A DNA stretch of 64,000 bases from Candidatus Methylomirabilales bacterium (GTDB lineage Bacteria > Methylomirabilota > Methylomirabilia > Methylomirabilales > CSP1-5), in NCBI GenBank assembly GCA_046758505.1, contig JBHIAH010000004.1, positions 1 through 64,000 of the forward strand, written 5' to 3'. Within the stretch, counting starts at the first letter, position 1; the number at the start of each line of letters is the position of its first letter. The position numbers and the translations under genes were made by a program. Positions 41,444 through 51,505 of the stretch are shown in pieces. A model generated the notes under the pieces. It saw only the letters and a list, made by a program, of their open reading frames with translations. It searched no databases and was not told the origin of the DNA.

Positions 41444-41833
41444 GTGTCATTGGAATTGCCAGGGGTAAAGGGGGATCGCTGGCGCTATCCCCGCTGGCGA
41501 GTATGCGAGGAGATGACGGGGCGAATGGCTTCAAGAAACCAGGTCTCCGTCCTCGACATTAGCCTGGGCGGGGCGCTGATCGAACATTTCAACCTTGTTC
41601 GACCCGGCAGCCCGTCCTTCCTCTCTCTCGTGGTCCAGGGGGCGGAAATCAGTCTGAGGTGTAGGGTCGTCCGAACGAGGCTCCACCGACATGAGCTCTG
41701 GCCCACCGGGGAGCACGGTTACGTCTATCGGACTGGCCTGGAGTTTCTCGCACTCTCGGAAGAGTCCCGACGACTCCTCACCCAATACATCGACTTCCTG
41801 GGGGAACAGGCTCGCGCACCGCTGAGTGCTTGA
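41444..41833 (+). CDS. Stand-alone PilZ-domain protein
   Basis: SD AAGGAGG; WRYPR..VLDISLGGALI..CRVVR..YRTGLEF. Confidence 0.82.
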   Translation: MSLELPGVKGDRWRYPRWRVCEEMTGRMASRNQVSVLDISLGGALIEHFNLVRPGSPSFLSLVVQGAEISLRCRVVRTRLHRHELWPTGEHGYVYRTGLEFLALSEESRRLLTQYIDFLGEQARAPLSA

Positions 41834-42072
41834 ATCGGGGCGGCGTTCGGTCCCCTTTCCCGACGCCAGGACTGGAGTCAACGACAGCTTTTTCAACAGG
41901 ACGGAGACGCCGCCCAAGGGGAGGCGATCGGGCGCCTTCCGGCCCTTCGCCGATACCGCCGGGTACCCCCGCCCGAAGGGATCTGAGGAGACTGACATAC
42001 ACAGGCGCGACGCGGATGGGCCTCACGGACCCGCGCAGATCGGGGAAAGGCAACAGGGGAGGATGACCGAAT

Positions 42073-42312
42073 ATGATTTGGCGTGCACTCGCGTTTCTCG
42101 CTTTCCTCCTGAGCATCGCGGCACTGGTGATTGCGGTAATGGCATATCAACGGGCCGGGGGCGACCTCAAGATTTGGGGCCAAATCGACAATCCCCACCA
42201 GGCCATTGAGGGTATACGGCAGGGGGCAGCGAATACCCTGGGCCGGCTCGAAAATTTCGTCCGCGGGGACCAGCAACACCAGGCCGGCGTCGAGGGCTTG
42301 CGGGAAAAGTAG
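42073..42312 (+). CDS. Small single-TM hypothetical protein
   Basis: GGAGG upstream; MIWRALAFLAFLLSIAALVIAVMAYQRAGG followed by an amphipathic helix. Confidence 0.6.
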   Translation: MIWRALAFLAFLLSIAALVIAVMAYQRAGGDLKIWGQIDNPHQAIEGIRQGAANTLGRLENFVRGDQQHQAGVEGLREK

Positions 42313-42759
42313 GGGAAGATCAGGCGAACAGTCAGGTCCGCCGTTGTGGCTATCATGTACACTTTTACTTGAACAATGTGTGTGTATGTGATTAGAATAT
42401 AAGCCTTTCAATACGAACAAGACGGTGGCAGTTGCGAAGGAACGCTTTCTCGGAGTCTCTCACCGTCCACGCTCGCTTCCCCCCAAGATCTCCCGACGAC
42501 CCCCGTCCCCCATCCGGAGCGAGGTTCTCTTGGTGGCTGGCCCCGGGGCGGTCCTCTCGAACTGTCAGTTGCAGGAGACGGCTTAATTGCATAGAATGGG
42601 GCAGTCCGTAACGGCTCCTCTTCGCGCATGCAGGCCCGGTTAGTAGGGGGGCATCCCGCTTATGCGGGCCACGCGATGTTTATGTGCCTCCGGGCGGGCT
42701 ACGGCGACAGGGGTCGATCTCTGGACCAATCGGGAGTCCTGGGAACAGAGTGCCCGGAT

Positions 42760-43217
42760 ATGCCGTCAAAGTTTCGACGGGGACCGTGCCCATGCCTCTC
42801 CACGGGAAGACTGGTGTTGCTTGGGGGTGCGCTGCTCTATCGCCCGAAGGAGTGAGGGATGAGGTCCCCGAAACGTACGCCTTCCATCGCTTGGAACAAG
42901 ATCACCTCGCCATCCACTGGAACATCCTTCAGGGAGATGGTGGGGTAGTGGGAGAAGGCTATGTAGAGCACGTGGGTGGCCCTGGGATTCTCATCCGGTT
43001 TGTCAATTTGACCGTGCGGGGCATCGATGCTGCGGGAGCCGTGGTCAGCACGGTGACCGGTGTCCCCCACCGAGACACGTTCCAGGTCGGGGATCAGGGG
43101 CTTTTTCGCATTGCGATGCTCGTGACCGGACGCGAGCGCAGCTTCCGCATCCGGGCCGAGTACTGGTGGGAGCCCTTCGATGAGGAAGAGGGAAGCAGGT
43201 CGATATTCGGCAGGTAA
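42760..43217 (+). pseudogene. Probable lipoprotein, apparently frameshifted in a G5 tract
   Basis: One extra G at 42823-27 joins MPSKFRR..LVLLGG to CAALSPEG.. (LGGC lipobox); the downstream frame is open to 43217. Confidence 0.45.
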
Positions 43218-43300
43218 CGCCCCTCTGGCCCAGGACGCCGTTACTCGACCGAAAGGCTATTCACGGAACACGAGGCGGTGTCGTATTGTCAAACCCTGAT

Positions 43301-43377
43301 GGGCCTGTAGCTCAGGCGGACAGAGCAGAGGTTTCCTAAACCTCGTGCCGCAGGTTCGAGTCCTGCCAGGCCCACCA
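43301..43377 (+). tRNA. tRNA-Arg (CCT)
   Basis: Acceptor GGGCCTG/CAGGCCC; anticodon stem GAGGT/ACCTC, loop TTCCTAA; GGTTCGAGTCC; CCA end. Confidence 0.96.
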
Positions 43378-43393
43378 TCAATTCGAGATTCGC

Positions 43394-44107
43394 ATGGCAA
43401 AAAAGAGGCGCGCTTCTCATGTGGTGTATCCCTTAACACCCCCGCGGGACTTCACTACTCGGCTATCCGAACTGCGCCTCCCGGTGGGCATTGCCGTCCT
43501 CACGGCGCTTCTCGCCGTTTCGGGATGGTGGGGGTATCGGACCTGGCAGGTGAAACGAGAAACCGCGGCCCAGGCGCTTCTCGCCCGGGCACTGCTGGGT
43601 GTGGGCGACCTGGCGCAGCCCCCGGGCACCGAGGAGAAACGGGGGGCACAACAGCCCAGCATCGATGCGAAAACGCGGATGGCACTTCTTCTGCGGATCC
43701 GGAACGAGTATCCATCTTCCGACGCGGCAGAGGAGGCCCTTCTGGCGATCGGAAACGTCTCGTACGACGGCGGCGACTACCAGCAAGCCCTCCAGGCCTA
43801 CCAGGACTACCTTCGAGATTATCCGACCGGGTGGGGGGTATTTCTCGCCGGATTGGGCAAGGCATATGCCCTGGAATCGCAGCAACGCTACGAGCAGGCC
43901 GCCGCCACGTTTCGCACGCTGGCCGATCGCTACAAGACAGAGGCGCTCCGCGTTGAGGCCCTTGTAGGCCTCGCACGCTCCCTCAAGGCGGTTGATCGCG
44001 GCATGGAGGCGATCGAGGTGTACCAACGGATTATGCAAGCCTATCCGGGGACCAACTGGGCACGGGCGGCACAGGAGCAGTTGGCGTCGCTCGAGCGGGG
44101 AGGTTGA
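43394..44107 (+). CDS. Membrane-anchored TPR protein (YfgM-like)
   Basis: N-terminal TM followed by TPRs (YPSSDAAEEALL, AGLGKAYALE, YPGTNWA). Confidence 0.8.
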   Translation: MAKKRRASHVVYPLTPPRDFTTRLSELRLPVGIAVLTALLAVSGWWGYRTWQVKRETAAQALLARALLGVGDLAQPPGTEEKRGAQQPSIDAKTRMALLLRIRNEYPSSDAAEEALLAIGNVSYDGGDYQQALQAYQDYLRDYPTGWGVFLAGLGKAYALESQQRYEQAAATFRTLADRYKTEALRVEALVGLARSLKAVDRGMEAIEVYQRIMQAYPGTNWARAAQEQLASLERGG

Positions 44108-44132
44108 GCCGGGACGGTCGGGTGTGGCTCGT

Positions 44133-44160
44133 ATGTCGGATAAGAAGTCTTATGTAAACT
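44133..44160 (+). other. dif: dif-like XerC/XerD recombination site
   Basis: ATGTCGGATAA-GAAGTC-TTATGTAAACT (11-6-11) vs E. coli GGTGCGCATAA-TGTATA-TTATGTTAAAT; intergenic, at the gene-strand switch. Confidence 0.8.
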
Positions 44161-44254
44161 TACGCATCACCTTACATAAAACGTGCGACCTTCCCTGGAT
44201 CAGCTTACATAAGACAAAACCCCTGTATCCCCTGCTATCCGCCCTCCCCCTCTC

Positions 44255-44282
44255 AAAGAAAATGGCCGCGATCTCCGCGGCC
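44255..44282 (-). terminator. Intrinsic terminator ending the minus-strand operon
   Basis: Minus: GGCCGCG-GAGAT-CGCGGCC-ATTTTCTTT. Confidence 0.7.
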
Positions 44283-44311
44283 CCCCTCGTCGGTCATCCG
44301 TCAGGAACCGG

Positions 44312-44803
44312 TTACATCTTGTACTTGCCGAAGTCCTCCGGCTTCAGGTTTTCAAGCCACTCCCGCCACCGATCGCTCTCCTCCTTCTCTTCCGCAATAT
44401 CCATGCTCTTGGCTTTGCTGACCACTTTTTCTGTGACGAAAATCGGCGCATTCACTCTCAGCGCTAGAGCAATCGCATCGGAAGGCCGCGCATCGACGTT
44501 CACGACATTCCCGTTGTAACTGACCTCGATCACCGCGAAGAACGTGTTCTCCTTCAGGTCATTGACCACGATTTGTTGGACCGCGGCGCCGAGCCCGTCG
44601 AGGATGTTCTTGATCAGGTCATGCGTCATGGGGCGCGGCGTGGAAATCTTCTCCAATTCCAGGGCGATGGCATTCGCCTCAAAGATGCCAACCCAGATGG
44701 GAAGAGCCCGTTTCTCCTCTACGTCCTTGAGAATAATGATCGGCATGTTGGTGATCGGGTCGAGGGCGATCCCCCGCACTGTCATCCGGATCAGCATTGC
44801 CAT
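44312..44803 (-). CDS. Bifunctional nuclease family protein (DUF151/BFN)
   Basis: [43 protein letters not shown]. Confidence 0.93.
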   Translation of the reverse strand: MAMLIRMTVRGIALDPITNMPIIILKDVEEKRALPIWVGIFEANAIALELEKISTPRPMTHDLIKNILDGLGAAVQQIVVNDLKENTFFAVIEVSYNGNVVNVDARPSDAIALALRVNAPIFVTEKVVSKAKSMDIAEEKEESDRWREWLENLKPEDFGKYKM

Positions 44804-44815
44804 TCTCCCGTTCCC

Positions 44816-45301
44816 TCAGGCAGCCTCAAAGTAGGGCAACAGCTTCGCGTAGGTTTCCTGGAGGTGCTCCGGAATCACCTTGGTCTCGCCCAGGACCGGC
44901 ATGAAATTTGTATCCGCATTCCAGCGCGGAACGACGTGCATGTGCAGGTGGTCATCAATACCGGCCCCCGCCCCCTTGCCGATGTTCACCCCCATGTTGA
45001 ATCCCTCCGCACGGAGGGCCTCGCCGAGGATTCGCTCGCTCCTACACGCCCAGGTCATCATCTCGGCCCTTTCCTCGGCGGAGAGCTTCTCCAGACGCTC
45101 CAGATGGCGGTACGGAGCGATCATCAGGTGGCCGGAATTATAGGGGTAAATGTTCATCAGGACATACGTAAAGGGCCCTCTGGCGAGAATCAGGTTCTTC
45201 GTGTCATCCTCTTCTTTCGGCTTCTCGCACAGGATGCATCCGTTAGATCTCGGTCCCACGATGTACTGCATCCTCCACGGCGCCCACAGCGTCAGTCTCA
45301 T
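44816..45301 (-). CDS. HIT-domain protein (Ap4A phosphorylase-like subgroup)
   Basis: LWAPWRMQYI, CILC, NIYPYNSGHLMI, GAGIDDHLHMHVVPRW..DTNFM. Confidence 0.9.
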   Translation of the reverse strand: MRLTLWAPWRMQYIVGPRSNGCILCEKPKEEDDTKNLILARGPFTYVLMNIYPYNSGHLMIAPYRHLERLEKLSAEERAEMMTWACRSERILGEALRAEGFNMGVNIGKGAGAGIDDHLHMHVVPRWNADTNFMPVLGETKVIPEHLQETYAKLLPYFEAA

Positions 45302-45325
45302 CGTATCATCGGCTTTCCTGGACCG

Positions 45326-47116
45326 TCAAGAGGCGACCACCCGATAAACGGGCTGAGCCCGCCCCACGCCTTTGAACTTAGCATCCCCCACATACGCAAT
45401 CAAGATCTTTTTTTGAATTTCGGGATCGAAACAGGTATACCGAGTGCCGCCTTTTCCCTCCTCAACCTCCCAGGAGATGCTGCCCCGGAGCGCCTCCACA
45501 TACTCGCCGGTCGCCGCGATTCCCGAATTGTAGAGAACGCCACGCGGGTCAATCCAGACATCCTGATCGGCGTCCGCAGGCTGGGTTGGAGTTTCGGCCT
45601 CGACTTCCCAGGGACGGCTTCCCGAGCCTGTTACACGGCTGGCAATATTGACATGCCGGCCGATCACCGTCACATCCACCGATTTTTCATCCGTGAGAAA
45701 GCGGCTGATTTGCGCGCGACCGGTATGAAGGCTGATCCCCAATCGATAAGACACCTTCCCCTGCTTTTGCAGGTCCTTGACCACTACCTGAATAGCGATC
45801 GCAGTTCGAAGCGCGTTTAACTCGTCCTCAGGGCTGACCCGGGTGGTCCCGAAGGTGATCATCACCCCATCGCCCGTGAATTTGTCGATCTGCCCCTTGA
45901 ACCGTTTGACAATACCAGCCACGGGATCGAAGACTGTGTAGAGGGATCGCGTCAGTTCTACCTCCGAAATCCCCCCTTCCGAAACGGCCGTAAAACCCCG
46001 AAGGTCTGCGAAGACGATCGTCACCTTTCGCGCACTCCTGAGGACCTCGCCTGACTCAGAAAACCGAAAGAGCCGCCCCTCGGCAACATACTCCTTGAGC
46101 TGCATTTCAACCAGTCCCGGAGGGATCAGCGCAATGTCGCTGCGAAGCCGATGGATGACTTCAGAACGACGGACCGCCTGGATAAGGTCTACGTAGTCAC
46201 GGAAAAGATAATGCCATCCGCCCCGGCGTTCCCGCCCCGCCTTCAGCGCGGGGGAAGCCGTGACGCGTTCCATGGTCTCGTCGTAGTCCGTAAAGAGATA
46301 GGTCACAATGGTCGGGTGAAACATCATCTTCACGTGCGCGCCCTCCTGATCATATGTGCCGCGATCCACGCTCGGAAGATGGGTTTTCACCACATCGAGT
46401 AGGGAGTGTTCCTGCTTCGTTAAACCATGGCGAATCCGGTCACGCAGAATAGTCCGCAGTTCCCTGTATTCTTCGCCGGTGAGACGGAACCGCCGGTTTT
46501 GCGGGACGAGGACGCTCTCGAAGCGGATACGGGGCACGTCCACCTCCGTAAGCGGCAATTGATCCTCAACGAGACTCTCGATCAGGCGGTGGTTGAAAGG
46601 AATGCCGAGGTTGTATTCCAGTGTCTCGGGGGCCGTACTGGCAAAATGATGCCAGGTCGATCGATGAAGGAGCCGGTAGAACCCGCGGATCAGGGGGTGC
46701 ATCTGGTATTTCAAATGGCTCCGGATCCCCTCCCGATTGAAATACTCTTCTACGGTGGCGGCCACCTCTTTGGAATGGGCCAGCCAGAAAAGATTCAACA
46801 ACCCCGATCGGCGCTCGTTCTCGATAATATTTGTGGTGATCCGCAGCAGCAGCTGGAAATAGGCCCACTCCGCCTGCTGTGACTCCCGTGGTTCCCCCGC
46901 ATTTTCCATGAGGGAGCGGGACGTCGCTTCCAGAAAACTCAGAAACGCGGACTGCAGGCCGGGGTGAAGTTGGACGAGAAAGACCGGCTGGTCCCCTGCA
47001 GGCTCGGGACCCGCCGGAAAAGTGGGGGGAGGAACCCCAAAGAGTTCCTGAATTTCTTCGCTTCTACCTTCGATGAAGCGAGACAAGGGAGCATTCCTGT
47101 TCCCGGAACGGGTCAC
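45326..47116 (-). CDS. Class III adenylate/guanylate cyclase with large unrecognised N-terminal domain
   Basis: FADLRGFT, IDKFTGDGVM, ISLHTG, TVIGRHVNIASR, KFKG; no TM segment seen. Confidence 0.88.
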   Translation of the reverse strand: MTRSGNRNAPLSRFIEGRSEEIQELFGVPPPTFPAGPEPAGDQPVFLVQLHPGLQSAFLSFLEATSRSLMENAGEPRESQQAEWAYFQLLLRITTNIIENERRSGLLNLFWLAHSKEVAATVEEYFNREGIRSHLKYQMHPLIRGFYRLLHRSTWHHFASTAPETLEYNLGIPFNHRLIESLVEDQLPLTEVDVPRIRFESVLVPQNRRFRLTGEEYRELRTILRDRIRHGLTKQEHSLLDVVKTHLPSVDRGTYDQEGAHVKMMFHPTIVTYLFTDYDETMERVTASPALKAGRERRGGWHYLFRDYVDLIQAVRRSEVIHRLRSDIALIPPGLVEMQLKEYVAEGRLFRFSESGEVLRSARKVTIVFADLRGFTAVSEGGISEVELTRSLYTVFDPVAGIVKRFKGQIDKFTGDGVMITFGTTRVSPEDELNALRTAIAIQVVVKDLQKQGKVSYRLGISLHTGRAQISRFLTDEKSVDVTVIGRHVNIASRVTGSGSRPWEVEAETPTQPADADQDVWIDPRGVLYNSGIAATGEYVEALRGSISWEVEEGKGGTRYTCFDPEIQKKILIAYVGDAKFKGVGRAQPVYRVVAS

Positions 47117-47184
47117 GTGTTACATGCACTAATGGCCGACTGACCGCGTAGGGGCCGAGAGGGAAGTCTCGTGAGGAAAAGGGC

Positions 47185-47466
47185 TTACTTGTCGATGAGC
47201 GCCTTTAGCTCCTTTCCCGGCTTAAAGTAGGGAACCCTCTTGGCCGGGACACTCACCGTGGCGCCGCTCTGCGGGTTCCGCCCCTGGCGAGCACCGCGAC
47301 GGCGGATGCGGAAACTCCCGAAGCCCCGAAGTTCAACCTTGCCGTCCTGGGTCGATGCGAGTGCCGTGGCGATGCCTTCGAAGATCGTATCAATGACAAC
47401 CTCGGTCTCCTTTTTTGTCAGATTGACCGTCGCAGCGATCTTCTCCACGAGATCTGCCTTGGTCAT
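47185..47466 (-). CDS. ihfB: Integration host factor beta-like (HU/IHF)
   Basis: VELRGFGSF, GRNPQSG, VPYFKPGKELK; downstream of rpsA-sppA. Confidence 0.85.
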   Translation of the reverse strand: MTKADLVEKIAATVNLTKKETEVVIDTIFEGIATALASTQDGKVELRGFGSFRIRRRGARQGRNPQSGATVSVPAKRVPYFKPGKELKALIDK

Positions 47467-47492
47467 TGCTTTCCTCCTTCACGCACGGGATT

Positions 47493-48395
47493 TCACCACT
47501 GCCACAGATAATCCACGGACAATTGCCCGGTTCCCCTCCCCAGGATCTTGTGCCGCCATGACGTCGCAGCGCCTCCCAGCAAAAACCGGAGCAGGGAAAA
47601 TTCGCGTTCCTTCACCTGCACGATTTCCGGTTTCCCCTCAATCCCCCCCATTCTTGCTGCCGCCTCGATGGCATCTTGGAGGTTTCCTAGCTGATCCACC
47701 AAACCTACCTTCAGGGCCTGGCGCCCGCTCAAAATTCGACCATCCGCCAGCGTCTCGACCTGTTCGCGGGAAAGACCGCGCCCCTCGACCACGGCTTGGA
47801 TGAACTGGTCGTGGATGTCATCGATCAATCGTTGCAACAACTGTTGCTCCTGGGGCGAGAGATCTCTGGTGGCCGAGGCCATATCCTTGTATGGCCCGCT
47901 TTTGATAACCACCGATCGAATCCCCACCTTTTGCAGCAAATCCGAGACGTTGGGGAACTGCATGATCACCCCTATGCTGCCAGTGATGCTTCCGGGATTG
48001 GCCAGGATCCGGTCGGCAGCCGCAGCGATATAGTAGCCGCCCGACGCTCCCACTGTAGAGAGGGAGGCTACCACCGGCTTGTCGTGAACCCGGCGGATCT
48101 TCTTGATTTCCTCATAGATCTCTTGAGAAGGCGCTACTCCCCCTCCCGGACTGTTGATGCGGATCACGAAAGCCTGGACCGTCCGATTTTCGACGTGATG
48201 CCTGATCTGCTCGATGACCCCTTCGGACTCCGTAATGATCCCGTCCACCTCGAGCAGGGCCACCTTCGGACCCCCGAACTGTTCCCGGTTCCCTAGCAGG
48301 AAGGCCACGCCGAAGATCAAGAGGAAAAAGAACAGTCCGATGGCGCCTATGACAATCACGGCGCGCCAGAAAGAGCGTCTCCGTCCCGCACGCAT
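47493..48395 (-). CDS. sppA: Signal peptide peptidase SppA (S49)
   Basis: RINSPGG, ASGGYY, TGSIGV, KSGPYKD, ADGRI. Confidence 0.95.
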   Translation of the reverse strand: MRAGRRRSFWRAVIVIGAIGLFFFLLIFGVAFLLGNREQFGGPKVALLEVDGIITESEGVIEQIRHHVENRTVQAFVIRINSPGGGVAPSQEIYEEIKKIRRVHDKPVVASLSTVGASGGYYIAAAADRILANPGSITGSIGVIMQFPNVSDLLQKVGIRSVVIKSGPYKDMASATRDLSPQEQQLLQRLIDDIHDQFIQAVVEGRGLSREQVETLADGRILSGRQALKVGLVDQLGNLQDAIEAAARMGGIEGKPEIVQVKEREFSLLRFLLGGAATSWRHKILGRGTGQLSVDYLWQW

Positions 48396-48398
48396 GGG

Positions 48399-50075
<1,677 letters not shown>

Positions 50076-50105
50076 ACCTGGGTGTACCTCCCGGTAAAGG
50101 ATTCC

Positions 50106-50747
50106 TTACACATCAGCATCGTACGATCCCGGAGAATGAGCCCGGGCCCTCAATTCGGCGATCCCTTTCATGACTCGTTCACTCAGGCACCGGTAGCCCC
50201 ATCGGCTCGCCTCGCGTGTGGTCTCGGGTGCCAATCGCAACGCAGAACCGAAATACACCGCCACGGGACGGACCCGAGGAATTCGCTTTCCTCGGGGCAG
50301 GACATTATCGGTGCCTTGAACGTACACGGGGACCACCGCACAGCCGGACCGGGCTGCCAGAAACCCGATCCCCTCCTCTGCCGCCTGCAGGGCCATTCCG
50401 TCTCCACGGGTCCCTTCCGGAAACATGAGAAGGCTCTCCCCCTCCCCGAGAAGGCGTAGACATTGCCGGATCGCCGCGTGGTCCACCTGACCTCTCCGAA
50501 CAGGAAAGGCATGGAGGTCTCGAATGAGCGCACCAAAGAATGGGGACCGAAAGAGCTCCTCTTTCGCCATAAAGTGAAGCTGCCGTTCCGCGAGGGCCGC
50601 GCCGATAAACAGGGGATCGACGTAACTCACGTGATTGGCGGCCAGGATCACGCCCTCTGAGTTTGGAACCTCCTCTTTCCCCACCACTCGGAAGCGAAAC
50701 ACCGGCATGATAATGGGGAGGAATATTTGGAGGGCCCGATACCACAC
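50106..50747 (-). CDS. plsC: 1-acyl-sn-glycerol-3-phosphate acyltransferase
   Basis: NHVSYVD, FMAKEELF, FPEGTR. GTG start at 50747 chosen from SD GGGAGG (the ORF extends to 50828). Confidence 0.9.
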   Translation of the reverse strand: MWYRALQIFLPIIMPVFRFRVVGKEEVPNSEGVILAANHVSYVDPLFIGAALAERQLHFMAKEELFRSPFFGALIRDLHAFPVRRGQVDHAAIRQCLRLLGEGESLLMFPEGTRGDGMALQAAEEGIGFLAARSGCAVVPVYVQGTDNVLPRGKRIPRVRPVAVYFGSALRLAPETTREASRWGYRCLSERVMKGIAELRARAHSPGSYDADV

Positions 50748-50782
50748 GTGAAGCAGCCTCCCGCCACCCCTGAAAGTCACGT

Positions 50783-50811
50783 ATTTTACCGCGCTTGCAA
50801 CGCCCATGCAA
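50783..50811 (-). promoter_or_regulatory. Candidate internal sigma70 promoter for plsC-rpsA
   Basis: Minus: TTGCAT-N17-TAAAAT. Confidence 0.55.
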
Positions 50812-50824
50812 GGAAAAAATCGTG

Positions 50825-51505
50825 TCACTTCTCGACCGTCCGCCGGATATGCTCCTCCATCGCCCCCACCACCTCTTCCGGGCTCAAAAAGGTCGTGTCG
50901 ATGGGGATGGCGTCGGGGGCCGGCTTCAGTGGTGAGGCCACCCGCTCCATGTCCCGACGATCTCGGCGGGCAACCTCCTCGAGCGTCCCCTCAAGGTTTC
51001 CCTGGGCGTGGGGGGACTCCTGGAAGCGGCGACGTCCCCGCTCATCCAGGGAGGCGGTGAAGTAAAATTTCACCGCCGCGTGCGGAAAGACCACCGTTCC
51101 GATATCGCGGCCATCCATCACCACCCCGCCCTGTGCCCCCAGCGCTCGTTGCCTTTTCACCAGCTCTTCCCGGATGCTCGCATGAACCGAGACGAGTGAG
51201 GCGGCTGCCTGGATGTTCGGGGACTGGAGCGCCTCGGTGATGTCTTCTCCATCGACCACCACCCGAAACCCCTCGGCTGTCGGCCGAAACTCGAGCCTGG
51301 TTTGCGTGAGCAGCCCTTTCAGGCGAAGGGGGTCCGAGAGATCAACCCCCTGCTCGATCGCCTTCCAGGCCAGTGCCCGGTACATGGCCCCACTCTCGAT
51401 GTGACAATACCCGAGCCGCTGGGCCAACAAGCGAGCCGCCGTGGTCTTCCCGGCGCCCACTGGGCCGTCGATGGTAATGATGAGATCCCCCCGGAGACGC
51501 CTCAT
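50825..51505 (-). CDS. cmk: Cytidylate kinase
   Basis: ITIDGPVGAGKTT, SGAMYR, DGRDIGTVVFP, RDRRD..SPL. Confidence 0.95.
   Translation of the reverse strand: MRRLRGDLIITIDGPVGAGKTTAARLLAQRLGYCHIESGAMYRALAWKAIEQGVDLSDPLRLKGLLTQTRLEFRPTAEGFRVVVDGEDITEALQSPNIQAAASLVSVHASIREELVKRQRALGAQGGVVMDGRDIGTVVFPHAAVKFYFTASLDERGRRRFQESPHAQGNLEGTLEEVARRDRRDMERVASPLKPAPDAIPIDTTFLSPEEVVGAMEEHIRRTVEK

Noticed and set aside
40100..43300. Prophage or ICE at tRNA-Arg
   Set aside because: No integrase, structural or conjugation genes, and no duplicated tRNA-Arg fragment was found.
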